64,000 nucleotides of DNA from Candidatus Omnitrophota bacterium (GCA_026387355.1 JAPLLW010000007.1:106198-170197); one strand, 5' to 3'. Shown: positions 19,417-30,065, numbered from the stretch's first letter. A program made the numbers and translations. The notes: a model not told the origin generated them from the letters alone.

Positions 19417-20055
19417 CTAAGGGGTAGTTTTATTAAAATTCAGGCGAGGTTCTTTCCCGAGGATGAGTCTTTGTAGGTTTGCTTTATGCCGCAATATAAT
19501 AAATATTGACAAAAGCAGGCCCACAAAAATTACAGGAAAAGATTTACTTAAGAATGTGGCAAAAACTGGAAAACTTATTGCAGCAAGAATTGAAGCTAAA
19601 GAGATGATCCTACTAGTAATAAAAGTTACAAGCCATACTAAAACCGTTAATATTAATATGAATTTTAAGCCCGCTATTTTTACTGAAAGACCAAGTAATA
19701 CGCCTAAAGTGGTAGCTACTCCTTTCCCGCCCTTAAATCCCAAGAATATTGTCCAGTTATGTCCGCAGATACAGCTAACTCCAACCAGTAAACAGAAAAT
19801 ATCTAGCGGGATAACTATTCTGCCTGTAAGTATATTGCCGAACAATACTACAGGAAGGAATCCTTTGAATATGTCTAGAATTAATACGGTTATACCCCAA
19901 CCTTTCCCTAGAAGCCTGAGGGCATTGGTTGCGCCGACATTCCCGGAACCAAATTTACGTATATCAGTCCCTTTGATAATTCGGCCAAAAATATAAGCCG
20001 TGGGGATAGATCCGAAAAGATAACTAATGATTATTGCGAGGATTATCCAAAGCAT
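19417..20055 (-). CDS. plsY: Glycerol-3-phosphate acyltransferase
   Basis: YLFGSIP, GSGNVGATN, GHNW..FKGGKGVAT, RHKAN. Confidence 0.95.
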   Translation of the reverse strand: MLWIILAIIISYLFGSIPTAYIFGRIIKGTDIRKFGSGNVGATNALRLLGKGWGITVLILDIFKGFLPVVLFGNILTGRIVIPLDIFCLLVGVSCICGHNWTIFLGFKGGKGVATTLGVLLGLSVKIAGLKFILILTVLVWLVTFITSRIISLASILAAISFPVFATFLSKSFPVIFVGLLLSIFIILRHKANLQRLILGKEPRLNFNKTTP

Positions 20056-20587
20056 ATAATATCTTAAACCCTTTGTTTATGTATATTGCCCCTGATATAA
20101 CTGTATAAATAACTGCTAGCCACCAAAGGACTGGTGAAATGTGTAGTTGCAATAAAACGGAGATAATTGCTAACATCTGAAAAGCTGTAGTTAGCTTACC
20201 CCAACCAGAAGGGATAATATTTAGCTTCTGCTTAACTACATAAACTACAATAGCCCCCAATATAATAATTACATCTCGGCTAATTACCACAAGAATTACC
20301 CAAAGAGGGAATCTAATATCAAAGTTAGAGTTTACAGAAAGACAGACAAATGCGCTCATAAGCAAAAGCTTGTCGCCGACCGGATCAAGTATAAGCCCGG
20401 CCTTTGATTGCTGTTTTGATCTTCTAGCCATATAACCATCAGCAGCATCAGAAATAGCGGCTAGGATAAAAATAGCTAGAGCTAGAATCCTTAAGTAACT
20501 TCTCTGTGGCGAATAGTAAACTAACGAAGCCACAAAGAAAGGGACGCTTAAAATTCTGAAAGTAGAAATCTTATTAGCGATATTCAT
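20024..20587 (-). CDS. pgsA: CDP-alcohol phosphatidyltransferase (PgsA-like)
   Basis: DAADGYMAR...G..LDPVGDK motif. Confidence 0.85.
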   Translation of the reverse strand: MNIANKISTFRILSVPFFVASLVYYSPQRSYLRILALAIFILAAISDAADGYMARRSKQQSKAGLILDPVGDKLLLMSAFVCLSVNSNFDIRFPLWVILVVISRDVIIILGAIVVYVVKQKLNIIPSGWGKLTTAFQMLAIISVLLQLHISPVLWWLAVIYTVISGAIYINKGFKILYALDNPRNNH

Positions 20588-20595
20588 GTTTAGCT

Positions 20596-21174
20596 TTATT
20601 TAATTATTCTAATGCGATTAATAGGCCAATAAATAACTAAGGCCTGACCCAAAATGTTATTTTCTGGAACAAATCCCCAGTAACGGCTATCCTTAGAAGA
20701 ACCGGAGTTATCCCCTAAAACAAAATAACTCTTTTCCGGCACAACTATCTTCTCCCCTTCTTTTGCAAAATCACCTCTATTATAATAATAATGCTTGCCA
20801 AAGATTGGCTCTGTTACAAGCCTATCGTTAACAAAAATACTACCGTTTTTAATCTCAATTATATCTCCCGGTAAACCGACTAATCTCTTAATAAAGTCCT
20901 TCTTCTTATCTTCGGGATAGATAAAAACAACTACATCCCCTCTTTTCGGCTTATTTATCGCAGGTAACCTTAACTGTGTAAAAGGAACCTTTGCGCCGTA
21001 TATAAATTTGTTTACTAAAATCAAATCCCCCTCTAGAAGAGTCGGTCGCATAGAACCGGTGGGAATCTTAAATGCCTGAACCACAAATGGCCTAATAACA
21101 CAGAATGCTAGGAAAGCGGCAAAAATTGCTGCTTCAATCCATTCGCGTATTATTGATTTCTTTTTTGTCGTCAT
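20596..21174 (-). CDS. lepB: Signal peptidase I
   Basis: GSMRPTL, FIKRLVGLPGD, GDN...SKDSRYWG. Confidence 0.95.
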   Translation of the reverse strand: MTTKKKSIIREWIEAAIFAAFLAFCVIRPFVVQAFKIPTGSMRPTLLEGDLILVNKFIYGAKVPFTQLRLPAINKPKRGDVVVFIYPEDKKKDFIKRLVGLPGDIIEIKNGSIFVNDRLVTEPIFGKHYYYNRGDFAKEGEKIVVPEKSYFVLGDNSGSSKDSRYWGFVPENNILGQALVIYWPINRIRIIK

Positions 21175-22967
21175 ATTTTTAATACCTCCAAGAATGCCTC
21201 CTGTGGAATTTCAACTTTTCCGAATTGCTTAAGCCGTTTTTTGCCTTTTTTCTGCTCATCCCAAAGCTTGCGTTTACGAGTGATATCTCCGCCGTAACAT
21301 TTAGCGGTGACATGTTTTCCTACAGAGCGCACTTTCTCAGACGCCAGTATCTGGCTCCCTATAGCAGCTTGTATAGCAACTTCGAATAACTGACGAGGAA
21401 TTAAATCCTTAAGCTTACTGACTAATGCGTGCGCCCTGGAATACGCTCTTTCTTTGCACATTAACGATGAGAAGGCATCGCAGGCCTGACCATTTAAAAG
21501 AATATCAAGCTTCACCAACTTAGTGGGAAGGTAATCCTTAAATTCATAGTCTAGCGAACCGTAACCTTTAGTTAATGATTTTATTCTATCATAGAAATCA
21601 ACAATGATCTCTGAGAGCGGGATATTAAAAACGAGTTTGACCCTATCTTCACTTAGATATTCATTTGAAACAAATACACCTCTTCTTGACTTGGTAAAAT
21701 CACAGACCAGCTCAATTGAATCAACAGGAATAATCATAAGCAAGCTTACGAAAGGCTCAAGCGCTTCTTTAATATCCATGCCTTGTGGTAATTTTGCAGG
21801 TGTATCAACTTCGATAATTTCACCCTTACTATTAATTACCCGGTAGACAACATTAGGGACAGTTAAGATTAAATTTAAGCCGTATTCTCTCTCCAGGCGT
21901 TCTTGAACTATCTCCATATGTAATAGGCCTAAAAATCCGCAGCGAAAACCTGAACCAAAAGATTGTGAATTCTCCGGCTCAAAAACAAACGAAGCATCAG
22001 ATAATTTAAGCTTATCCATTGCATCGCGTAACTCCGGGAAATCTCCCGGGTTAACCGGATAAATGCCGCAAAAAACCAGAGGCTTAGGCTGGCGGTATCC
22101 GGCAAAAGCCTGAGCACACGGATTCTTAACATCAGTTATAGTATCACCGATAATTATATCTCTGGCCTGACGGATATTAGCGGTAAAATAACCTACTTCG
22201 CCGCAAGTTAAGTTATTTACTTCTTCATACTTAAGATTTTTAAAGACTCCTAATTCTTCAATTTTATATATATCACCGGAGTGCATCATCTTAAGCTGGG
22301 TGTTTGGATTAATATAACCATCAACAAGTTTAACAAAAACAACCACACCCTTATAAGCATCAAAACGACAGTCAAATACCAGGGCCTTTAGGGGATTACT
22401 ATCGAGACCATATGGCGGCGGTATAGTTCTTATTATTCTCTCCAAGATATCTACGACCCCTGTGCCGTCTTTTGCTGAAGCCGGAATTATATCCTCCTCT
22501 TTAAAACCTAAGACTGTAGTGATTTGCTTTTTTACCCGAGGTATGTCTACTGAGGTAAGGTCAATTTTATTAAGCACCGGGATAATCTCTAGATTATTTT
22601 CAATCGCTAAATAATAATTAGCCACTGTTTGAGCTTCTATCCCCTGGCCAGCATCAACTACTAGGACCGCCCCTTCACAGGCAGCCAAGGATTTTGATAC
22701 TTCATAGGTAAAGTCTACATGACCCGGGGTATCGATTAAATTTAATACGTAATCTTTGCCATCGAGCGCGCGGTAATCAAGTCTTACCATTGAAGCCTTA
22801 ATTGTGATTCCTCGTTCCTGCTCCAGATCCATGTCATCTAAGAGTTGAGACCCTTTATGTCTTTTATCTACTGCTCCGGTAATCTCAAGGATGCGGTCAG
22901 CTAGGGTTGATTTTCCATGATCGATATGTGCAATAATTGAGAAATTACGAATCAGCGATTTATCCAT
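21171..22967 (-). CDS. lepA: Elongation factor 4
   Basis: IAHIDHGKSTLADR, GFRCGFLGLLH, KCYGGDITRKRKL. Confidence 0.97.
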   Translation of the reverse strand: MDKSLIRNFSIIAHIDHGKSTLADRILEITGAVDKRHKGSQLLDDMDLEQERGITIKASMVRLDYRALDGKDYVLNLIDTPGHVDFTYEVSKSLAACEGAVLVVDAGQGIEAQTVANYYLAIENNLEIIPVLNKIDLTSVDIPRVKKQITTVLGFKEEDIIPASAKDGTGVVDILERIIRTIPPPYGLDSNPLKALVFDCRFDAYKGVVVFVKLVDGYINPNTQLKMMHSGDIYKIEELGVFKNLKYEEVNNLTCGEVGYFTANIRQARDIIIGDTITDVKNPCAQAFAGYRQPKPLVFCGIYPVNPGDFPELRDAMDKLKLSDASFVFEPENSQSFGSGFRCGFLGLLHMEIVQERLEREYGLNLILTVPNVVYRVINSKGEIIEVDTPAKLPQGMDIKEALEPFVSLLMIIPVDSIELVCDFTKSRRGVFVSNEYLSEDRVKLVFNIPLSEIIVDFYDRIKSLTKGYGSLDYEFKDYLPTKLVKLDILLNGQACDAFSSLMCKERAYSRAHALVSKLKDLIPRQLFEVAIQAAIGSQILASEKVRSVGKHVTAKCYGGDITRKRKLWDEQKKGKKRLKQFGKVEIPQEAFLEVLKI

Positions 22968-23616
22968 TAACTAATCTCAAGAGTTTATCAATTACCTCTT
23001 CTATAGAAAGGTTGGTTGTATCTACATAAATAGCATCATCCGCTTTCTTAAGTGGGGCAACACTACGATTGGAGTCGATTGTATCACGGTTAGAGAGATC
23101 TTTAGATACGCTTTCAAAGGTTGTATTCTGGCCTAGCCCTAGAGATTCTTTGTGTCTGCGTAAGACTCTTTCCTTAAAATCCGCGTCAATGTAGAATTTC
23201 TTATCTGCATTCGGGAAGACCACAGTACCTATATCCAGGCCATCAAGTACGGTATTTCCTTGGCTCCCGAGTTTTCTTTGTAATTCTACCATAATCTGGC
23301 GCACCTCTTTTATCTTGGCGATATCAGATACAAATTGAGTAATGCGTAGCTGACGGATATCTTGGGTTACATCAATCCCATCAAGAGTTACCTTTATCGT
23401 ACCATCTCGATTATTTATAAGATTAATAGTGCTATTTGCTGCTAGTTTTATAATAGCTTGAGTATCGCTTACAGAGATTCCCTTGTTTAAAGCTTTTAAA
23501 GTTAACGCCCTGTACATTGCTCCGGTATCAATATAAAGAAAGCCAAGTTGTTTAGCAAGCAACTTGGCAACTGTGCTTTTTCCTGCGCCTGCAGGACCAT
23601 CTATAGCAATGATCAT
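22960..23616 (-). CDS. cmk: Cytidylate kinase
   Basis: IDGPAGAGKST, DTGAMYR, DIGTVVFP; canonical GRD reads GLD here. Confidence 0.92.
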   Translation of the reverse strand: MIIAIDGPAGAGKSTVAKLLAKQLGFLYIDTGAMYRALTLKALNKGISVSDTQAIIKLAANSTINLINNRDGTIKVTLDGIDVTQDIRQLRITQFVSDIAKIKEVRQIMVELQRKLGSQGNTVLDGLDIGTVVFPNADKKFYIDADFKERVLRRHKESLGLGQNTTFESVSKDLSNRDTIDSNRSVAPLKKADDAIYVDTTNLSIEEVIDKLLRLVNG

Positions 23617-24443
23617 TTCAATTGCTCTCTTTTGTTCCTCGATTTATCTAGAATACGCTTAAGCGCTTGCTCATCATTCTTCCTAATTGCTTCCTTTAGT
23701 TGGGAGAGATTACTCTCAAAAATAGCTAGCGCCTTAAGCAAGTTCTTTTTGTTGGAAAGAAAGACATCCAGCCATAGTAAAGCATTTGATGCTGCAATGC
23801 GTGTAGTTCCCTTAAGTCCACTTGCAGCAAATTTTAAAGAATTATTCGGGACACTCCCAATCAGCGCAAAAGCAACTATATGCGGCAGATGACTAGTAAA
23901 AGCTAAGACTTTATCGTGCTCTCGGGGGCTCAGTAAAACAACCTTTGCGCCTAATCTTACCCATAATGACCTAACTCTTTCTAAAGTAGACTTGGGCGTT
24001 ATTTTTGTAGGCGTAAGAATACAAAGAGAACCTTTAAACATGCCTGAATGCGCATGAACAATTCCGCGTTTTTCCGATCCAGCCAAAGGATGGGTCCCTA
24101 CATAATTCGGAAAAATTTTCTCTAGGGATGCTACTATCTTTTCTTTTGTGCTCCCTACATCAATAACTATGCAATTTCTATCAATTATCTTAGAAATTTT
24201 GTTTTTTGAGTTGATAATTACATCTACTGGAGTAGCTAAAATAATCAGGTCTGCGCCAGCAATAATCCCTAATGAAAGCGAACCTTTATCAATCGCCCTT
24301 CTCTTCAAAGCGAGTTTTAAACTCTCTTGATGTAGACTGACTCCTACGATTTCTTTAGCAAGTTTATTTTTCTTTATAGCTAAAGCAATGGATCCACCAA
24401 TTAGCCCTGAGCCTATTACGGCAACTTTATTAAATAATGGCAT
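23613..24443 (-). CDS. tyrA: Prephenate dehydrogenase
   Basis: GSGLIGGS, DVGSTK, HPLAGSE, HD...A.TSHLPH. Confidence 0.92.
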   Translation of the reverse strand: MPLFNKVAVIGSGLIGGSIALAIKKNKLAKEIVGVSLHQESLKLALKRRAIDKGSLSLGIIAGADLIILATPVDVIINSKNKISKIIDRNCIVIDVGSTKEKIVASLEKIFPNYVGTHPLAGSEKRGIVHAHSGMFKGSLCILTPTKITPKSTLERVRSLWVRLGAKVVLLSPREHDKVLAFTSHLPHIVAFALIGSVPNNSLKFAASGLKGTTRIAASNALLWLDVFLSNKKNLLKALAIFESNLSQLKEAIRKNDEQALKRILDKSRNKREQLK

Positions 24444-25459
24444 TAAATTTCTCTCCCTGTGATTTTAGCTAGGCCTTTTAATTCGAGCATAAGATTTGAA
24501 AAATTAGAGGGCAACAAGGATTGTGCGCCGTCCGAAGTTGCATCTTCAGGGCAATTGTGTACTTCGATAATTAAACCATCTGCTCCAATTGCTATCGCTG
24601 CCTTTGCCAATGGAGCGACTAAACCCCACTTTCCGGCTGCATGCGATGGGTCAACAATTACAGGTAAGTGCGATAGCTGCTTTATTACCGGAACAGCACT
24701 GATATCCAAAGTATTGCGCGTTGAGTCTTCAAACGTCCTGATCCCCCGTTCGCACAAAATAACATTAAAATTTCCGCCTGATAATATATACTCAGCTGAC
24801 ATAAGTAATTCTTTAATCGTTGAGGCAAGCCCTCTTTTTAAAAGTACAGGTTTCTTAGTTAAGCCGACTTCTTTAAGCAGATTAAAATTCTGCATATTGC
24901 GCGCTCCAATCTGCATAACATCGACATAGCGCTCAACTAAAGCTACGTCACGGGTATCCATTACTTCACTTACGGTTACTAAACCTAGCTCGTCTCCCAC
25001 CTGTTTTAATATTTTAAGTCCTTCTTCTCCCAGTCCTTGAAAACTATAAGGCGAAGTACGCGGTTTGAAGGCTCCACCACGTAAAATCATCGCACCTGCT
25101 TTTTTAACTTCAGAAGCAATTTCATGCAGAGTCTTAAGATTTTCTATAGCACAGGGGCCAGCCATAATCGCAAGCCTTCTATCCCCAATCTTAAAGCCCT
25201 TTCCAAGGTCAATTATTGAATTCTCTTTTTTGAATTCACGGGAGACAAGCCTGTAAGGCGCTAACACCGGCATAACACGCTCTACCCCTGGAAATACTTC
25301 TAAGGGAGTAACCTGCAAAACATCCTCAGGCCCAATAACCCCGATAATTGTCCTTTCGGTGCCTTTTGAAACATGCGCAGTTAGCCCAAGCTTAGTTACC
25401 TTTTCAATTATATGATCTATCTGTTCGCCAGTTGCATCCGGACGTAAGACAATAATCAT
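24443..25459 (-). CDS. aroF: DAHP synthase, type I-beta with ACT-like N-terminus
   Basis: AGPC, RGGAFKPRTSPY, QIGARNMQN, CERGIR, DPSH. Confidence 0.95.
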   Translation of the reverse strand: MIIVLRPDATGEQIDHIIEKVTKLGLTAHVSKGTERTIIGVIGPEDVLQVTPLEVFPGVERVMPVLAPYRLVSREFKKENSIIDLGKGFKIGDRRLAIMAGPCAIENLKTLHEIASEVKKAGAMILRGGAFKPRTSPYSFQGLGEEGLKILKQVGDELGLVTVSEVMDTRDVALVERYVDVMQIGARNMQNFNLLKEVGLTKKPVLLKRGLASTIKELLMSAEYILSGGNFNVILCERGIRTFEDSTRNTLDISAVPVIKQLSHLPVIVDPSHAAGKWGLVAPLAKAAIAIGADGLIIEVHNCPEDATSDGAQSLLPSNFSNLMLELKGLAKITGREI

Positions 25460-26559
25460 ATCTTCTCCTTCCCCCTGAGAATCTTCATCAACACTTTAAT
25501 AAAACGCTCATTTTCTTTTTTTGTGCCGATTGTAACGCGAATAAAGTTTGTTAAACCATATTGTTTCATATCACGCACAATTACTCCGAATTTCAGCATT
25601 TTCCCAAAGAATTCAACACAATCAGTTCCTACATCAATAAGTATAAAGTTGGCCACGCTTGGCACATAAGCTAAGCCTAGCTTCCTTAAATTCTGGTAAA
25701 GATATCTCTTGCCTTCAAGTGTAGCTAATCTTGATTTACGTAGGAATTTTTTATCATCAAGGGCTGCCAGGCCAGCTGCTTGGGCAAGTGAATTAATATT
25801 AAACGGTTGCCTTACGCGCTCCATGTAGCTAATTAATTCCGCATTAGCTAACGCGTAACCTAATCTTAATCCCGCTAGACCAAAGGCCTTAGAAAATGTT
25901 TTAAGCACAATGATATTCTTATTTTTCTTAAGTAAATTTTTTCCACTAGGATAATCATTTACGTCTATAAAAGTATCATAGGCCTCGTCTAAAACCAATA
26001 TAACATTCTCCGGCAGCTCCTTTATAAAATCTCCCAACTCAAACTTAGTAACATAAGTACCGGTAGGATTATTAGGATTAGCGATAAAAATAAGTTTCGT
26101 CTTCTTATCGATACTTCTTTTTATTGATTCTAGATCATATTTAAAATAACGTAGAGGAACCTTGGTAACCTTACGATTATTCACCGAAGCAATAATTTCA
26201 TACTCCAAGAAGGTTGTATCCGCAGTTACAATATTCTCATCATCCTCAACAAAGGTTTTAATGATTATATCAATTAACTCATCAGAGCCATTACCTAAAA
26301 TAATATTGCAGCTTGCTAGATTTAAGGTTTTAGCGAGTTTCTTTTTCAGGTAAAAGCCCTGAGAATCCGGATAGCGATTTACACAAGACGCAGCCTTTCG
26401 TATCGCTTCAATAGCTTTAGGTGAAACACCGAGTGAATTTTCATTGGATGCTAATTTAATGACGTCTCTTAGCCCTAATTCTCTTTTTGTCTCTTCTATG
26501 GGTTTTCCTGCAACGTAAGAAACAACGTTTAGAATATTCTTACGAATCAACTTTTTCAT
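25456..26559 (-). CDS. hisC: Histidinol-phosphate/aromatic aminotransferase
   Basis: KLASNEN, GNGSDE, NPNNPTG, DEAY, TFSKAFGLAGLRLG. Confidence 0.93.
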   Translation of the reverse strand: MKKLIRKNILNVVSYVAGKPIEETKRELGLRDVIKLASNENSLGVSPKAIEAIRKAASCVNRYPDSQGFYLKKKLAKTLNLASCNIILGNGSDELIDIIIKTFVEDDENIVTADTTFLEYEIIASVNNRKVTKVPLRYFKYDLESIKRSIDKKTKLIFIANPNNPTGTYVTKFELGDFIKELPENVILVLDEAYDTFIDVNDYPSGKNLLKKNKNIIVLKTFSKAFGLAGLRLGYALANAELISYMERVRQPFNINSLAQAAGLAALDDKKFLRKSRLATLEGKRYLYQNLRKLGLAYVPSVANFILIDVGTDCVEFFGKMLKFGVIVRDMKQYGLTNFIRVTIGTKKENERFIKVLMKILRGKEKI

Positions 26560-27621
26560 TTATTCTCCTATTGGGTACGATCCCAATACTTTAATAAACT
26601 TGCACTTACTTTCTAATTCAGAAAGAGCCTTTTGGATCCTGGAGTCATCAATATGCCCTTCCAAATCCATGAAGAAATAATAATCCCAGGCCCTAACCTT
26701 TGAAGGCCTAGACTCAATCTTAGTCAGATTAATCTTATATTTTTTAAAAGGCATTAGCATTTCGTGAAGTGCCCCGATTTTGTCTTTAATTAAGAAAAGA
26801 ATCGAGGTTTTGTCATGTCCGGTTCTGCCTGCTTCTGTCTTTCCAATAACAAAGAAACGCGTGATATTGTGCGGAGAATCTTCAATGTCTGCGGCAGTCA
26901 ATCTCAATTTGTAGACTTCTCCGGCCAACAGTGAAGCAATGCAAGCGCTATTCTTTTCTTTTGCTGCAATCTGGGCAGCCCGGGTTGTGGAAGAAACTTC
27001 AATCTGCTCAGCCCCTGGTAAATTTTCCTGAAGCCAACGGCGGCACTGGCCGAATACTTGAGGGTTAGAATAGACCCGCTTGATTTTATTCTTCGGCGAT
27101 TTGGCTAAAAGATTATGCGCTACGTCTAAAATAATCTGCGAACAGATCTTTAAATCTGAGTCAACTAGCATATCCAATGTGTGCGTAATTGCTCCCTCAA
27201 TAGAGTTTTCTACCGGTACTACTCCGTAATCTGCAGCATCTCTCTCTACTTCAAGGAAAACATCAGCAATACTGGCACACGGAGTATAACTAACCTGTGA
27301 ACCAAATCTCTTTAAAGCAGCTAAATTACTAAAAGATGCCTCTGGTCCCATATATGCTACCTTTAATGGCTTCTCCAAAGCAAGGCTTGCAGACATAATC
27401 TCGCGATATACTGCCCCTATCGCCTTTGAATTTAATGGCCCACGGCTAGAAAGGGAGACTTTCCTTAAAACTTCGCTTTCGCGCTCCGGCGCATAAATAC
27501 TCTTGCCGCTTTTTTGTTTCTCCTTAGCGACATCTAGAGTAACCTTAGCGCGCAAATTTAAAAGCCTAATAATATCCTTATCCAGAATGTCTATCTTTTT
27601 ACGCAGGTTTTTTAGATTCAT
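26560..27621 (-). CDS. pheA: Chorismate mutase/prephenate dehydratase
   Basis: N-terminal CM domain, VPVENS, NITRF, LTKIESRP. Confidence 0.95.
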   Translation of the reverse strand: MNLKNLRKKIDILDKDIIRLLNLRAKVTLDVAKEKQKSGKSIYAPERESEVLRKVSLSSRGPLNSKAIGAVYREIMSASLALEKPLKVAYMGPEASFSNLAALKRFGSQVSYTPCASIADVFLEVERDAADYGVVPVENSIEGAITHTLDMLVDSDLKICSQIILDVAHNLLAKSPKNKIKRVYSNPQVFGQCRRWLQENLPGAEQIEVSSTTRAAQIAAKEKNSACIASLLAGEVYKLRLTAADIEDSPHNITRFFVIGKTEAGRTGHDKTSILFLIKDKIGALHEMLMPFKKYKINLTKIESRPSKVRAWDYYFFMDLEGHIDDSRIQKALSELESKCKFIKVLGSYPIGE

Positions 27622-28201
27622 CTAATTCCTCCACTGATTTTTCCGCTTCTAATTCAATATCATTAAATTCATTTTTCACAGCCAACGCCGGGAAATCTTC
27701 CATCCTCGGAAGATCTTCCAGCGATTTTAAACCAAAATGTTCCATAAATTGCCTAGTTGTGCCATAAACACATGGTCTGCCGGGAGCCTTCTTCCTACCA
27801 CAAATACGGATAAGATTCTTATCTAAAAGTGTTTTCATAACACCATCAACATTAACGTTTCTTAACAGTTCTATTTCGGTTCTGGTTAAAGGTTGTTTAT
27901 AAGCAATAATTGCTAAGGTTTCAAGCGCCGGTTTAGAAAGTCTCTCAACATGACGTCCCCTAAAGAATTTTTTTAAAAAGGGCGCAAAGCTTGGGGCTGT
28001 GATCATGCGGAATCCACCGGCAATCTCAGCTATGCGCATTCCACGATTAGACTGCTCGTATTCAGATTTTAACTCTTCAATAAGCCTCCTGACTTCAGTA
28101 GCTTCTAAATTATCTAAAACTGTTCTTATTTGGTCTAATAATAAAGGCTTCTCGCTTGCCAAAAGCAATGCCTCTATTACTGCTTTTCGATTATCTTCCA
28201 T
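27599..28201 (-). CDS. scpB: SMC-Scp complex subunit ScpB
   Basis: IEALL, LSKPALETLAIIAYKQP.TR, GRP..YGTT..F...FGL..L.DLP. Confidence 0.93.
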   Translation of the reverse strand: MEDNRKAVIEALLLASEKPLLLDQIRTVLDNLEATEVRRLIEELKSEYEQSNRGMRIAEIAGGFRMITAPSFAPFLKKFFRGRHVERLSKPALETLAIIAYKQPLTRTEIELLRNVNVDGVMKTLLDKNLIRICGRKKAPGRPCVYGTTRQFMEHFGLKSLEDLPRMEDFPALAVKNEFNDIELEAEKSVEELDESKKPA

Positions 28202-28202
28202 A

Positions 28203-28829
28203 CTATTTCACCCTCTTTTGTTTATAAACCATATTTAACAGCTCTTCGGTTGTCTCTAAATCCGGATGAGCTTCTAAGGCTTTGTTAATCATAACCAAAG
28301 CCTCAGCTCTTTTGTATTCCAATTGTATAAGTACTGCCAATGCTTCTTCGGCAATATCCTTTGATTTGTTAGTAACTTGTTTCTTAGATCGATCTTGAAC
28401 AAGTCCAAATTTACCAATTTTATTTTGAAGTTTAGCAACAATCTCTTTTGCCCTCTGCTCTCCTATCCCGGGAAGCGATTTTAAGAAAACCAAATCTCCT
28501 TCATCGATTGCCCTGGCAATCTCAGATATAGGCTTATTCAAAGCCTTAAGCGCTGCCCGCGGCCCGATTCCAGATACAGTTATAAAAACTTCGAAGAAAT
28601 CCTTTTCAATATCATTAAGAAACCCGATTAAGACAGGAATGCTTTTTGCCTGTTCATTCTGCAAATAATGAAAAGTTCTTAATGTTATTCCACTATCAGA
28701 GCCAAGACTCTCGTCAAGACGCTGCATGACGTTAGCGGGAATTAAGACTTGATAAGAAATTCCACCATTCTCCACTACAACGTAATTATTCCCACGCTCG
28801 ATTACTTTACCGGATATTCTTGAAATCAT
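28203..28829 (-). CDS. ruvA: Holliday junction branch migration protein RuvA
   Basis: MISRISG..GISY; two HhH motifs VSGIGP and LPGIG; C-terminal domain. Confidence 0.85.
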   Translation of the reverse strand: MISRISGKVIERGNNYVVVENGGISYQVLIPANVMQRLDESLGSDSGITLRTFHYLQNEQAKSIPVLIGFLNDIEKDFFEVFITVSGIGPRAALKALNKPISEIARAIDEGDLVFLKSLPGIGEQRAKEIVAKLQNKIGKFGLVQDRSKKQVTNKSKDIAEEALAVLIQLEYKRAEALVMINKALEAHPDLETTEELLNMVYKQKRVK

Positions 28830-29309
28830 CTATTTCGGCCTTTCAATATAACTATGCGCGATAGCTAACGCTAAAGCATCGGTAACATCAGTATATTTAG
28901 GAAGAGAACTTATGTTAAGCAAATCTGCAACCATTCTTTGCACCTGCACTTTAGAAGCTAGCCCCTCACCCACAACAGCTTTTTTAACACGAGTAGCTGC
29001 GTATTCTACCAAGCGTATATTTTTTACCGCAGTTGCTAAGCATATCACTCCGCGTGCCTGTCCTAATATATATGAGGTAGTAGGATGGCGGTAATGTGCA
29101 AATAGCTTTTCTAAGACCAGAACCTCGGGTTTAGTATCCGATATTAGCTTAATAATCCCGGAATAAATCCGCTCCAGACGCTTCTCAATTTTTTCTTTAG
29201 GGGAAGTTACGATTATCCCCGCCTCTAGCAAGAATAGTTTATTGCTTTTTGCCTGGATAACCCCGTAACCGGTAATAGTTAGAGCTGGATCAATCCCCAG
29301 AATTATCAT
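28830..29309 (-). CDS. ruvC: Holliday junction resolvase
   Basis: ILGIDP..TGYG, LGQARG, DALALA. Confidence 0.92.
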   Translation of the reverse strand: MIILGIDPALTITGYGVIQAKSNKLFLLEAGIIVTSPKEKIEKRLERIYSGIIKLISDTKPEVLVLEKLFAHYRHPTTSYILGQARGVICLATAVKNIRLVEYAATRVKKAVVGEGLASKVQVQRMVADLLNISSLPKYTDVTDALALAIAHSYIERPK

Positions 29310-29312
29310 TTG

Positions 29313-30065
29313 TTACTCTGCTGCAATTTCATCCATAATTTCATCAGGGATGTCAAAATTGGCATATACGTGCTGCACATCATCATGTTCCTCTAGCGTA
29401 TCGATCAAGCTAAGTAGTTGCTTAGCATCATTACCGACTAACTTAATAGTTGAAGAAGGTATCATGGTAGTTTCTGCATCTTGCGGTTTTATCCCTTTTG
29501 CTTCAATAGCCTGTTTCACCTTTTCAAAATTCTGAGGGGCACAAAAGACTTCGTAATTTTTCTCATCGACTTTCATATCTTCAGCTCCGGCATCAAGTAC
29601 GAGATTCATTAAATCATCTTCTTTTGCCTGAGATTTTTCAATCAAAAAATACCCCTTCATGGTAAACATCCAACTTACTGCCCCAGCCCCTGCAAAGTTT
29701 CCGCCTTTTTTAGACATAATGTTACGGATTTCAGCGCTAGTCCTATTCTTATTATCAGTAAGCACTTCGATCATCATTGCCACCCCGCCCGCTCCATAGG
29801 CTTCATACATGCATGATTCATAAACTATGCCCGGTAGCTCTCCCGTCCCTCGCTTAATCGCCATTTTTACGTTATCTAAAGGCATATTCGCCTCTTTTGC
29901 TTTCTGCATAACTGCACGCAGACGTGGATTAGTATCAGGATTTCCGCCACCGTCACGTGCAATCACGGTAAGCTCTTTAATAATCTTTGTGTAAGTTGCT
30001 CCTTTTTTTGCGTCAGCAATACTTTTTTTACCTTTATTTGTCTTCCATTTAGAATGACCTGACAT
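29313..30065 (-). CDS. yebC: YebC/PmpR family protein
   Basis: MSGHSKW, NPRLR, TDNKNRT, DDVQ.VY.N. Confidence 0.95.
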   Translation of the reverse strand: MSGHSKWKTNKGKKSIADAKKGATYTKIIKELTVIARDGGGNPDTNPRLRAVMQKAKEANMPLDNVKMAIKRGTGELPGIVYESCMYEAYGAGGVAMMIEVLTDNKNRTSAEIRNIMSKKGGNFAGAGAVSWMFTMKGYFLIEKSQAKEDDLMNLVLDAGAEDMKVDEKNYEVFCAPQNFEKVKQAIEAKGIKPQDAETTMIPSSTIKLVGNDAKQLLSLIDTLEEHDDVQHVYANFDIPDEIMDEIAAE

